This document shows, piece by piece, positions 1 to 12,803 of a stretch of 64,000 bases of DNA. This stretch comes from the human T2T-CHM13v2.0 reference genome, Homo sapiens: NCBI RefSeq assembly GCF_009914755.1, contig NC_060929.1; one strand, written 5' to 3'. Positions within the stretch are counted from its first letter, which is position 1; every line of letters starts with the position of its first letter. The position numbers were made by a program, and so were the translations under genes. Below the pieces are notes generated by a model. The model was given only the letters and a program-made list of their open reading frames with translations. It did no database searches and had not been told where the DNA came from.

Positions 1-1125
1 AGTGACTAGTGCGGCCGCCAGACTAAAGACACAGGTGTCAGGCTTTCTGGGAGAGGGCTAACAACCCCCAACTCTTCAGAGTTGGGAGCATTGGTTTGCC
101 TGGAACCAGCTTCTCCTTTTCCTGTACTTCTGGGCTGAGCCAAGGGTTGACAGAGAGGAAAGCCATTCAGCTCCAGGGTCCCGAAAACAAGTTGATTGAC
201 CCTGCAGCCATGAGCAGAACTCTCAAAGTCATGTCGCCCAAGCGAGACTCGCCCATCTATTCTATCTACCCTGACCCTTGCCCCCTGGGTCCTAATGCCT
301 GCCAAACAAACCTCCTCTCGCCTCTCTTCTCCGAGGCTAGTCCCACTTCTAAACATCACTCCCTGTCTCTGGTGCTTTTCTAGTTTCTCCTATAAGAATG
401 ACTGCTAGTATAAACTCTAGGACTCTGTTCCCTTCTTTAGGCACCTAGGCTCACCAATCAGAAAGACATAATTTTTGCCCAAAGCCCCATCATAGTGGGG
501 ACTACCTGGAATTGTAGGATCCCTCCTCAGACTAGCAGGCCTAACAAAAGCTATTCCTGAAGCTAGGATATGGGGAGCCTCAGAAATTGTGTCCTTTCTA
601 TTCATATAAGTGAGGACAAAAGGTGTCACTCTTCCAACCCTGGAGAATCTCTTCCCTCCCTCAGGGTATGGCCCTCCATTTCATTTTTGGGGCATAACAT
701 CTTTATAGGACATGGGTAAGGTCCCAATACTAATAGGAGAATGCTTAGGACTCTAACAGGTTTTTGAGAATGTGTCGGTAAGGGGCCACTAAATCCGATT
801 TTTCTGGGTCCTCCTTGTGGACTAGGAGGACAGGCAAGGGTGCAGGTTTTCGAGAATGCATCAATAAGGGCCACTAAATCCGACCTTCCTCAGTCCTCCT
901 TGTGGCCTGGGAGGAAAACTAGCATTTCTGCTGCTACATTGGTGAGTGCAACTATTCCGATCAGCAGAGTCCAGGGACTTTTGCGGGTTCTTGGGCAGGG
1001 GTTGTTTCTGCTGCTGCGTTGGTGAGTGCAACTGTTCTGATCAGCAGGGTCCAGGGACTGTTGTGGGTTCTTGGGCAGGGGGAGAAACAAAACAAACCAA
1101 AACCGTGGGTGGTTTTGTCTTTCAG

Positions 1126-2578
1126 ATAGGAAACAGGCATCAACAGGCTCACCCTTGAAATGCATCCTAAGCCATTGGGACCAATTTGACCCACAAACCC
1201 TGAAAAAGAGGTGGCTCATTTTTTTCTGCACTATGGCTTGGCCCCAATATTCTCTCTCTGATGGGGAAAAATGGCCACCTGAGGGAAGTATAAATTATAA
1301 TACTATTCTGCAGCTTGACCTTTTCTGTAAGAGAGAAGGCAAATCGAGTGAAATACCTTATGTCCAAGCTTTCTTTTCATTGAAAGAGAATACACAACTA
1401 TGCAAAGCTTGCAATTTACATCCCACAGGAGGACCTCTCAGCTTACCCCCATATCCTAGCATCCCTATAGCTACCCTTCCTATTAATGATAATCTTCTTC
1501 TAATCTTCCCTGCCCAGAAGGAAATAAGCAAAGAAATCTCCAAAGGACCACAAAAACCCCCAGGCTATCGGTTATGTCCCCTTCAAGCTGTAGGGGGAGG
1601 GGAATTTGGCCCAACCCGGGTACATGTCCCCTTCTCCCTGTCTGATTTAAAGCAGATCAAAGCAGACTGGGGAAGTTTTCAGATGATCCTGATAGGTACA
1701 TAGATGTCCTACAGGGTCTAGGGCAAACCTTTGATCTCACTTGGAGAGATGTCATGCTACTGTTAGATCAAACCCTGGCCTTTAATGAAAAGAATGCAGC
1801 TTTAGCTGCAGCCCGAGAGTTTAAAGATACTTGGTATCTTAGTCAAGTGAATGATAGAATGACAGCCGAAGAAAGGGATAAATTCCCTTCTGGTCAGCAA
1901 GCTGTCCCCAGTATGGATCCCCACTGGGACCTTGACTCAGATTATGGGGACTGGAGTCATAAATATCTGTTGACCTGTGTTCTTGAAGGACTAAGGAGAA
2001 TTAGGAAAAAGCCCATGAATTATTCAATGATGTCCACCATAACTCAAGGAAAGGAAGAAAATCCTGCCTTCCTTGAGCAGCTATGGGAGGCCTTAAGGAA
2101 ATATATTCCCCTGTCACCCAAATCACTCGAGGGTCAATTGATTCTAAAAGATAAGTTTATTACCCAGTCAGCTGCAGATATCAGGGGAAAGCTCCAAAAG
2201 CAATCCCTGGTCCCTGAACAAAATTTGGAGGCATTACTAAACCTGGCAACCTCAGTGTTCTATAATAGGGACCAAGAGGAACAAGCCCAAAAGGAAAAGC
2301 AAGATCAGAAAAAGGCTGCAGCCTTAGTCTTGGCCCCCACACAAGCAAGCCTTGGTGGTTCAGAGAGGACAGAGGGTGGAGCAGGCCAATCACCCAGTAG
2401 GACTTGTTACCAGTGTGGTTTGCAAGGACACTTTTAAAAAGATTGTCCAGTGAGAAACAAGCCGCCCCCTCGTCCATGTCTGCTATGCCAAGGCAATCAC
2501 TGGAAGGTGCACTGCCCCAGAGGACAAAGGTTCTCTGGGTCAGAAGCCCCCAACCAGATGATCCAGCAACAGGATTGA
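1126..2578 (+). pseudogene. gag: ERV gag remnant (matrix, capsid, nucleocapsid)
   Basis: ORFs 1071-1703 ([18 protein letters not shown]...[19 protein letters not shown]) and 1754-2437 (ITQGKEENP, FITQSAADIR); zinc knuckle CYQCGLQGHF*KDC broken by TAA 2435-2437; presumptive start reads ATA; frameshift near 1660; ends at TGA 2576-2578. Confidence 0.9.
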
Positions 2579-5500
2579 GGGTGCCTGGGGCAAGTGCCAG
2601 CTCATGTCATCACCCTCACTGAGCCCCGGGTACATTTAACCATTGACGGCCAGGAAATTGACTTCCTCCTGGACACTGGCGCGGCCTTCTCAGTGCTAAT
2701 CTCCTGTCCTGGACGACTGTCCTCAAGGTCCATTACCATCCGAGGAATCCTGGGACAGCCTGTAACCAGGTATTTCTCCCATCTCCTCAGTTGTAATCGG
2801 GACACTTTGCTCTTTTCACATGCCTTTCTTGTTATGCCTGAAAGTCCCACACCCTTATTAGGGAGGGATATATTAGCCAAAGCTGGAGCTATTATCTACA
2901 TGAATATGGGGAACAAGTTACCCATTTGTTGTCCCCTACTTGAGGAGGGAATCAACCCTGAAGTCTGGGTATTGGAAGGACAATTTGGAAGGGCAAAAAA
3001 TGCCTGCCCAGTCCAAATCAGGCTAGAAGACCCCACCACTTTTCCTTATTAAAGGCAATATCCCTTAAGGCCTGAAGCTCATAAAGGATTACAGGATATT
3101 GTTAAACATTTAAAAGCTCAAGGTTTAGCAAGGAAATGCAGCAGTCCCTGCAACACCCTAATTCTAGGAGTACAAAAACCGAATGTTCAGTGGAGACTAG
3201 TGCAAGATCTTAGACTCATCAATGAGGTAGTAATTCCTTTATATCCAGTTGTACCCAACTCCTATACCCTCCTCTCTCAAATACCAGAGGAAGCAGAATG
3301 GTTCACAGTGCTGGACCTCAAGGTTGCCTTCTTCTGTATTCCCCTGCACTTTGACTCCCAGTTTCTCTTTGCCTTTGAGGATCCCACAGACCACACATCC
3401 CAACTTACGTGGACAGTCTTGCCCCAAGGGTTCAGGGATAGCCCTCTCCTGTTTGGTCAGGCACTGGCCAAAGATCTAGGCCACTTCTCAAGTCCAGGCC
3501 CTCTGTTCCTTCAGTATGTGGATGATTTGCTTTTGGCTACCAGTTCAGAAGCCTCATGCCAGCAGGCTACTCTAGATCTCTTGAACTTTCTAGCTAATCA
3601 AGGGTACAAGGTATCTAGGTCGAAGGCCCAGCTTTGCCTACAGCAGGTCAAATATCTAGGCCCAGAGGGACCAAGGCCCTCAGCAAGGAATGAATACAGC
3701 CTATACTGGCTTATCCTTGCCCGAAGACATTAAAACAGTTGTGGGGCTTCCTTGGAATCACCGGCTTTTGCTGACTATGGATCCCCTGATACAGTGAGAA
3801 AGCCAGGCCCCTCTATACTCTAATCAAGGAAACCCAGAGGACAAATACACATCTAGTAGAATGGGAACCAGAGGCAGAAACAGCCTTCAAAACCTAACAG
3901 CAGGCCCTAGTACAAGCTCCAGCCTTAAGCCTTCCCACAGGACAAAACTTATCTTTATACGTCACAGAGAGAGCAGAGATAGCTCTTGGAGTCCTTACCC
4001 AGACTCGTGGGAAAACCCCACACCAGTGGCATACCTAAGTAAGGAAACTGATGTAGTAGCGAAAGGCTGGCCTCACTGTTTACGGGTAGTTGCGGCGGTG
4101 GCTGTCTTAGTGTCAGAGGCTATCAAAATAATAAAAGGAAAGGATCTCACTGTCTGGACTACTCATGATGTAAATGGCATACTAGGTGCCAAAGGAAGTT
4201 TACGGCTATCAGACAACTGCCTACTTAGATACCAGGTGCTACTCCTTGAGGGACTGGTGCTTCAAAAATGTACATGCATGGCCCTCAACCCTGCCACTTT
4301 TCTCCCAAAAGATGGGGATCCAATCGAGCATGGCTGCCAACAAATTATAGTCCAGACTTATGCTGCCCGAGATGATCTCTTAGAAGTCTCCTTAGCTAAT
4401 CCTGACTTTAACCTATATACCAATGGAAGTTCATTTGTGGAGAATGGGATACGAAGGGCCGGTTATGCCATAGTTAGTGATGTAACCATACTTGAAAGTA
4501 AGCCTCTTCCCCCAGGGACCAGTGCCCAGTTACCAGAACTAGTGGCATTTACCCGAGCTTTAGAACTGGGAAAGGGAAAAAGAATAAATGTGTATACAGA
4601 TAGCAAGTATGCTTATCTAATCCTACATGCCCATGCTGCAATATGGAAAGAAAGGGAATTCCTAACCTCTGGGGGAACCCCTATTAAATACCACAAGGAA
4701 ATTATAGAGTTATTGCACACAGTGCAAAAACCCAAGGAGGTGACAGTCTTACATTGCCAAAGCCACCAGAAAGGTGAAGGAGAAAAGGCAGGAGGAAACT
4801 GTCAGGCAGAAGCTGAGGCCAAAATTGCTGCCAGGCAGAACCTCCCACTAGAAATACCTACGGAAGGACCCTCGGTATGGAACAACCCCCTCCAAGAGAT
4901 TAAGCCCCAGTATTCCCCAACTGAAGCAGAGTGGTGACTTTCATGGGGGCATAGTTTTCTCCCCTCAGGGTGGTTGGCGACAGAAGAAGGAAAGGTACTT
5001 ATACCCGAAGCCAGCCAGTGGAAAATACTTAAAACCCTCCACCAAACTTTTCATATGGGTATTGAAAACACTCATCAAATGGCCAAATCCCTATTAACAG
5101 GGCCAAATCTCCTCCAAACCATCCAACAAGTAGTCAAAGCCTGTGAGATGTGCCAAAGGAATAATCCCTTGGTCCATCATAAGGCCCCTTTGGGGGAGCA
5201 AAGAATAGGTCACTATCCTGGAGAGGACTGGCAGTTAGACTTCACCCATATGCCTAAGTCAAAGGGATTTCAATACTTGTTGGTCTGTGTTGATACCTTT
5301 ACAAATTGGATAGAAGCTTTCCCCTGCAAGACAGAGAAGGCTCAGGAAGTGACTAAAGTCCTAATTCATGAAATAATTCCTAGATTTGGGCTTGCCCAAA
5401 GCTTACAGAGTGACAATGGTCCAGCTTTTAAAGCCACGATAACTCAGGGAATTTCCAGGGTGCTAGGGATACAATATCACCTTCACTGCTCCTGGAGGCC

Positions 5501-6000
5501 ACAATCCTCAGGAAAGGTCGAGAAGGCAAATGAAACACTCAAGAGGCACTTAAGGAAACTAACACAAGAAACTCATCGCCCATGGCCTACTCTTTTGCCC
5601 ATGGCCCTGTTGGGAATCTGAAATTCTCCCCACAAAATAGGGCTCAGTCCATATGAAATGCGGTATGGACGACCTTTTCTCACAAATGACCTCCTACTTG
5701 ATCAGGAAATGGCCAACTTGATCAAAGATATAGCTTCTTTGGCAAAATATCAACAAAACCTTAAAAACCTACCTGCAGGATGTCACAGAGAAAAGGGAAC
5801 AGAGTTGTTTCAACTAGGAGATCTAGTGTTGGTCAAATCTCTCCCCTCTACCTCCCCATCTATGGACTCTTTGTGGGAAGGACCACACTTGCTAATCCTC
5901 TCTACTCACTGCACTTAAGGTGGCAGGAGTGGAATCTTGGATTCACCACACCCAAGTTAAACTTTGAACACCCCCTGAGGAACCTGCAGGACTATCAGCT
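2579..6000 (+). pseudogene. pol: ERV pro-pol remnant (protease, RT, RNase H, integrase)
   Basis: Protease FLLDTGAAFS and LLGRDIL; RT LPQGFRDSP and YVDD; RNase H YTNGS/YTDSKY; integrase H-H-C-C plus WQLDF, SDNGPAF and KVE; several stops and frameshifts; 3' boundary approximate. Confidence 0.92.
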
Positions 6001-6297
6001 TAGGAGTCCCAAGATCAGCCAGACCAGCCTCGATACACCTGCGAACCATTGGAGGATTTGCATCTCCTATTTTAGAAGGAAACATCCCAGACTAAAAAGG
6101 CTCCTACCACTGATCCTGAGGAAAAACCCCTTCCTCCTTAAAAAAGATAAGTGAAAACAGCTTTAACCATACTCTTTGCGATAGGACTATATACTGTAGC
6201 TCCTGCCTGGACAAAAATCCTAATCACATCAACCTTCTTTCTATCTTCCTTCCTTTTGACAGCAGTTTACTCCTACTTTTAACTCAGACTTGATAAA

Positions 6298-8124
6298 ATG
6301 ATCTCTTCTTCCAGAGCACCCCCTTTATCTTCCTATTTGCTCATTGCCTATGTATCCCTCCTGCTTCCTTGGATACCTCATACAATCACCCCTCCCCTTC
6401 CACTAGCTCCTAATTACCTCTAAAAGACTATCAATTTAACCCACTGTCTGTTAAACCAGTCCAATCCTTCCCTGGCAAATGACTGTTGGCTTTGTATCTC
6501 TCTATCAACCTCTGCTTATGTTGCCACTCCCATTCCCGCAAAAAACTGGGTCTTTCTTTACCAATTTAACCTACCACCCTTGTTATGAAGGAAAAGACTC
6601 TTTCTGACTTCTAAAAATACAATCATTAGCCAACTTCTCCATCCCTGATAGGACCAAGAATACCCTAACAGGACGTGCAATCCAACTTTTACGTTCTTAC
6701 ATTTCCAACCTCACCTATTACACAAGCAATGAAAAGCCCATACATGGCCTGGTAACTATGAATACCATCTTAACTTTCCAAGCCCCTTTATGCATCCAAC
6801 GCAACCTGTTATCAGGCCTGCCCCTGGGGCACCTACTAACGCATCAGTGTAATTACACCCTACAACTTCAAGCCCCAGCTGATCATAGTAACTTCCGAGT
6901 CACCCAGACAGCTCCATTCAGATGGCTTGTCCACTTCTCAGGGCCCCCAAAAATCATCACCTCCTCCCTGCTTAATGAACAGTCCAAGTTTGGTAATGGC
7001 AAACATACTCCCTGCATGACCATTCACCCCTGGACCCCCCATAGCAGCTCCCCCACCACTAGTGAATGCCTTCTAATCCCCTATTTCAATCACTGTCTCG
7101 AATGGTTCCTAGTGGATACAAAACGTTTTTTTCTCCAATGGGAAAATAGAACACAGGGAGCCACTCAGTTTGCTCCCAACACCCCTTTCCAGCCACTCAC
7201 TGGAGCTACCTTGGCAAGTACTCTAGGAGTATGGGAAAATGAAAACAACAAATACACACACCTTTTTAACATACACAACCAGTTCTGTCTACCCAGCAAG
7301 GTATATTCTTCTTATGTGGAACATCAACCTATATTTGCCTCCCCACTAACTGGACAGGACCTGCACCTTAGTCTTTCTAAGTCCCAACATTAACATTGCC
7401 CCAGGAAACCAGACCTTATCAGTATCCCTCAAAGCTCAAGTCCATCAGCACAGAGCCATACAACTAATACCCCTACTTATAGGGTTAGGAATGGCTACTG
7501 CTACAGGAACCGAAATAGCCAGTTTATCTATTTCATTACCCTACTACCTACCACACACTCTCAAAGGCTTTCTCAGATAGTTTGCAAGAAATAACGAAAT
7601 CTATGCTTACTCTACAATCCCAAATAGACTCTTTGGCAGCAGTGACTCTCCAAAACCACTGAGGCATAGACCTCCTCACTGCTGAGAAAGGAGGACTCTG
7701 TACCTTCTTAGGGGAAGAGTGTTGTTTTTACACTAACCAGTCAGGGATAGTACAAGATGCCACCTGGCGTTTACAGGAAAAGGCTCCTGAAATCAGGCAA
7801 CGCCTGTCAAATTCTTATACCAACCTCTGGAGTTGGGCAACATGGCTTCTCCCCTTTCTAGATCCCGTGGCAGCCATCTTGCTGTTACTTGCCTATGGAC
7901 CCTGTATTTTTAACATCCTTGTTAAATTTGTTTCCTCTAGAATCGAGGCCATCAAGCTACAGATGGTCTTACAAATGGAACCCCAAATGAGTTCAACTAA
8001 CAACTTCTACCGAGGATCCCTGAACCAACCTGCTGGCACTTTCACTGGCCTAGAGAGTTCCCCTCTGGAGGACACTACAACTGCAGGACCCCTTCATCAT
8101 CCCTATCCAGCAGGAAGTAGCTAG
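6298..8124 (+). pseudogene. env: ERV env remnant (SU-TM)
   Basis: ATG 6298 with hydrophobic leader, CWLC (CxxC) motif, fusion peptide RAIQLIPLLIGLG, immunosuppressive domain LQNH*GIDLLTAEKGGLC followed by CX6CC, cytoplasmic tail FVSSRIEAIKLQM; fragmented by stops and frameshifts. Confidence 0.88.
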
Positions 8125-8181
8125 AGCGGTCATTGGCCAAATTCCCAACAGCAGTTGGGGTGTCCTGTTTAGAGGGGGGAT

Positions 8182-9415
8182 TGAGAGGCCTCCTCGGCCT
8201 CGGTGTCCACTCTGGCTGCACTTGAGGAGCCCTTCAACCCACTGCTGCACTGTGGGAGCCCCTCTCTGGGCTGGCCGAGGCTGGAGCTGGCTCCCTCTGC
8301 TTGCGGGGAGGTGTGGAGGGAGAGGCGGGGGCGGGAACCGGGGCTGCACACGGTGCTCGCGGGCCAGCGTGAGTTCCGGGTGGGCGTGGGCTCAGCGGGC
8401 CCTGCACTCAGAGTGGCTGGCTGGCGCTGCCGGCCCCGGGCAGTGAGGGGCTTAGCACCCGGGCCAGCAGCTGTGGAGGGTGCACTGGGTCCCCCAGCAC
8501 TGCTGGCCTGCCCGCGCTGCACTCAAATTCTCACAGGGCCTCAGCCGCCTCCCTGCGGGGCAGTGCTCAGGACCTGCAGCCCACCATGCCTGAGCTCCCT
8601 CAACACCAGTGGGCTCCCGTGCAGCCAGAGCCTCCCCGACGGGCACCACCCCCTGCCCCTGCTCCACGGTGCCCAGTCCCATCGACCGCCCAAGGGCTGA
8701 GGAGTGCAGGCACGTGGTGTGGGACTGATGAGCAGCTCCACCCATGGCCCCAGCGTGGGATCCACTAGGCGAAGCCAGCTGGGCTCCTGAGTTGGGTGGG
8801 GACTTAGAGAACTTTCATGTCTAGCTGGAGGATTGTATATGCACCAATCAGTACTCTGTGTCTAGCTCAGGGATTGTAAATGCACCAATCAGCACTCTGT
8901 CAAAATGGACCGATCAGCTCTCTGTAAAATGGACCAATCATCAGGATGTGGGTGGGGCCAGATTAGGGAATAGAAGCAGGCTGTCTGAGCCAACAGTGTC
9001 AACATGCTTGGGTCCCCTTCCATGCTGTGGAAACTTTGTTCTTTCGCTCTTCACAATAAATTTTGCTGCTGCTCACTCTTTGGGTCCGCACCACCTTTAA
9101 GAGCTATAACATTCACCGTGAAGGTCTGCAGCTTCACTCCTGAGGCCAGCAAGACCACGAACCCATGGGAAAGAATGAACAACTCCAGATGCGCCGCCTT
9201 TAAGAGCTGTGACACTCACCGCGAAGGTCTGCAGCTTCACTCCTGAAGTCAGCGAGACCATGAATCCACGAGAAGGAAGAAACTCCAGACACATCTGAAC
9301 ATCTGAAGGAATAAACTGCAGACACACCATCTTTAAGAACTGTAACACTCACCACAAGGGTTTGTGGCTTCATTCTTGAAGTCAGCGAGACCAAGAACCC
9401 ACCAATTCCAGACAA
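8182..9415 (+). mobile_element. 3' LTR, LTR12 family (LTR12D/E-like)
   Basis: Starts TGAGAGG right after the PPT; GC-rich U3; CCAAT repeats at 8844, 8885 and 8934; AATAAA 9055-9060; three U5 repeat units (TTTAAGAGCTGTAACACTCACC-like); ends ...CCACCAATTCCAGACA. Confidence 0.9.
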
Positions 9416-9574
9416 AATTGTAAATATACTCTTTATATTCTTCCTCTCCTGGAGCAGCTCAATAATTTGGTGAAAGTTATGGGGAAAGTTTGATAATTGC
9501 CAGAGCCCTCAGGGGAAGTCCCACCTATTAGACTGAGTTTTGAATTTTTTGGAGACAAGCAGGTAATATGCAGG

Positions 9575-10120
9575 AATGTATCTATGGCACATAACAAACC
9601 ACTCCAAAACCTAGTGGCTTAAAACAACAACAGTCCTTTATTTTTGCTTAGGAATCTGTTATTTGGGGAGGTCTTAAAAAGGAATCACATCTCTGTTCCA
9701 CATTTTATTGTCAGGAATGGCTTGCCTGGGCCTGGGGGATCCACTTTCAAAATGTCTCATTCACATGACGGCACCTTGGGGCTGGCTGTAGGCCAGGAGC
9801 TCAGCTGGGGATGTGAGCCTTGGGCCTCAGTTTCTGGCTGTGTGGACTTCTCCATGGGCTGCAGTCTTCTTTACAGCGTGGTGGTCGGATTTCAATATTA
9901 AATATTCCAAGAGAACTGTACGTATATTGCATTACCTTTTAGGACCTAGCCTCAAAAGCCATATAGCATTATTTTCATTGTAGTCACAATTCTGCCCAGC
10001 ATCAAAGGGAGGAAACATGGGCTTCCATTTCTAAATAAGAATGTAGTATCAAAGTTATATTATAAGAACAGCATGTGAGATGGGACACAGTGTGTTGCCC
10101 ATTTTTGGAAAATACATTCT
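9575..10120 (-). mobile_element. MaLR (MLT1-type) LTR remnant
   Basis: Characteristic ATAACAAACCACTCCAAAACCTAGTGGCTTAAAACAAC terminus; boundaries approximate. Confidence 0.65.
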
Positions 10121-10384
10121 GTCTCTAGGAGATAGGCTTGCAATAAATCTGCCTCTTTAATGTGACTTGGAACACAGTCTGCTGAGCTCACCGATGCCCC
10201 TACACACCTCGGCAACTACAGCTACCAGACTGTTTCAGTGCTTTGGGAGTTTTCCATCGGAGGAGAGGCCACTACATATCTATCCACACACCTACCTGGT
10301 AGCCACCATCACGACTAACTCATTACAACTGTCACAAGACTTCTTGAGTGTCAGTCCTGCCTCAACCACTGAGTGGCTGAATGG

Positions 10385-10505
10385 CCTTTCTGTGTCTCAG
10401 TTTCTGTGTCTGTAAACTGAGGATGATAAAAATACCTACTTCAGAGGATTGTCTTGAAGACTAAATGAGTTAACTCACCTGAAGACTTAGAACAGTGTCC
10501 GTCAC
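10385..10505 (+). mobile_element. MIR fragment
   Basis: MIR core-like CTCAGTTTCTGTGTCTGTAAACTGAGGATGATAAAATACCTACTTCAGAGGATTGT. Confidence 0.6.
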
Positions 10506-12059
10506 AAAGTTAGCCTGAAGGAGTTTCTGCCTCAGATTCACTCTATTCTGTGCCCACCTGCCCACGTTTCCAGAGTAAAGTGAAAGTTGCTCCTGTCCAG
10601 AACGGGCCTTCCAAGTGTTGAGGTACAAGTAGCATCAACCAAAGAGTCACATAGGGGAGATCTGGGGCTGACCACTTTCAACTACCTTCTGAATAAATGT
10701 GGGAAGTCCTCTTATTTGACCTGTGAGAATGGAAAATGCTTACTTGGATCCTTTTGCACATGGGCTGCTCTTCTCTGGCCAGTGTGCATGGCCTCCATGA
10801 ACAGAGTGGTGTACTCCACAACTACAGTGCAGGTGGAGAGGCAGATGGCCTCAATCAGGCTACCAAAGTTTCCTCAGAAACCCCTCAGCAGCCAGTAGCC
10901 TTGGTTAGTCAAGCCATCATCCAGGATAATGAGCTTACAGGAAAATCACTGGTTATGGGAGGCGAATCAGCCTCTGAGACAAAAGAGGAAGTGACTTCCA
11001 GTAAAAACAAGTTAAGACATCAAATAGGAGAAGGACTTCCGCTTTGCCATTCCTTCTCCAAATTCCACTGAAATCACAAAGAAATAGAAAAATAAATTCA
11101 AAGCAGCACAGGAAAACCAGAAAAGGTGCTTCCAGCAAACAATATAGAAAGGAATTTTTGAAAAAAATAAGAAACGTGGGAATCAGTAGAGAAATCTAGC
11201 AGGGCATAAGAACCTAAAACCATTCAAAGGAACAAAGTACTTTGTTAACTGAAGAAATAACGGAGCCATACCCCTAAGTCCCCATCAATTCCTGGAGTTG
11301 CTCTTGGAGCAGCTGGCTCCATTGTTTGGGCTTAGATGAGAGTCATGGGTATAGTTTTCTGACATAGTACAGCAGCCCCACAGCAATGGTATGCTAAATG
11401 AAGTCAGTCTCTTAAGAATCTAGTTTGCACATCTCTTCTCAACTCCCCATTCAGTGACTGTTATGTTGCTAGCTTGAAAATTGGCTAGGGTGGGAGATTT
11501 TACATTGCATGGAAATCAGGAAATGCTGCAAACTAGGACTTCCCCCACTCCACCCAGAGCTGGCTGTCAAACATTTACCAACATATTACTGTTCCAGAGT
11601 AAGCTAAGGTCAGAGGAAAAGGACAATACCCTGGAGGGTCAGGAAACTATTCTAAGAAGAGACGTTACCTACAGAGTCTGCCTATCCCTACCAAATCCCA
11701 TGAGGCAGATTCTTGTAATCAAAACTTGCATTCACTGCCAGGTAAACATGAGTTCTCATTTGAAGTGAGGAAATGCGTCCAGCTATGAATTTCAGTCTAG
11801 ACTGAAATTCTGTTCCTACAAATGGAACAACAACAACAAAAGAACCAACAAACATTTGGAGAAACCAAGAGCACTAAAGAGAGCACCAAATTTAACAAAT
11901 AGAACTAGCCCACTTAAAAAGAATAGTCAATAGAAACAGATAAAAACTTGAAATTAAACATAGTTCAGATCCTCAGAGTTGCTTTAAAGTAAATCACATT
12001 GAAACAAGAGACAGCTGCTATGAAACACAACCAGAATTCATGGAAATTTTAAAATATTA

Positions 12060-12401
<342 letters not shown>

Positions 12402-12506
12402 CTAACCTGAATATACAATTAATGAGTTGGAAAATTGAGCTGAGAGACTTTTCCAAAATTTATGCAAAAAAGAAAAAAAAAGAACAAAAGAAAAAGTACA
12501 GCAATA

Positions 12507-12803
12507 GGCCAGGCGTGGTGGCTCATGCCTGTAATCCCAGCACTTTGGGAGGCAGAGACGGGCGGATCATGAGGTCAGGAGATCGAGACCATCCTGGCTA
12601 ACATGGTGAAACCCCGTCTCTACTAAAAATATAAAAAAATTATCTGGGCATGGTGGCGGGCGTCTGCAGTCCCAGATACTCAGAGGCTGAGGGGGAAGAA
12701 TGGTGTGAACCCGGGAGGCAGAGCTGGGCAGTGAGCCGAGATTGTGCCACTGCACTCCAGCCTGGGCAACAGAGCAAGACTCTGTCTCAAAGAAAAAAAG
12801 AAA
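12507..12803 (+). mobile_element. Alu (Y-type)
   Basis: Full Alu; TSD AAGAAAAAGTACAGCAATA on both sides. Confidence 0.92.

Larger units (their letters stand above)
1..9415 (+). mobile_element. HERV9/ERV-9-group endogenous provirus (5' LTR and PBS outside window), defective
   Basis: gag-pro-pol-env remnants in order, polypurine tract AGAGGGGGGA at 8171-8180, then an LTR12-type LTR. Confidence 0.93.

Noticed and set aside
1071-8124. Possible domesticated ERV gene (syncytin-like env or intact integrase)
   Set aside because: env is split by stops and frameshifts, including in the immunosuppressive domain. gag and pol are also broken, and the RNase H first catalytic Asp reads Asn. The remaining ORFs (up to 358 aa) are as expected for neutral decay.
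9096-9400. Repeat-spacer-like units resembling a CRISPR array
   Set aside because: These are the U5 tandem repeats of the LTR12; the context is eukaryotic and there are no cas genes.
8050-9415. Many short ORFs on both strands
   Set aside because: They are translations of the GC-rich LTR12 sequence with no coding signature.
10587-11071. Overlapping 103-aa and 111-aa ORFs in apparently unique DNA
   Set aside because: No recognisable protein similarity, splice structure or poly(A)/TSD; I cannot support a gene or processed pseudogene without a database search.
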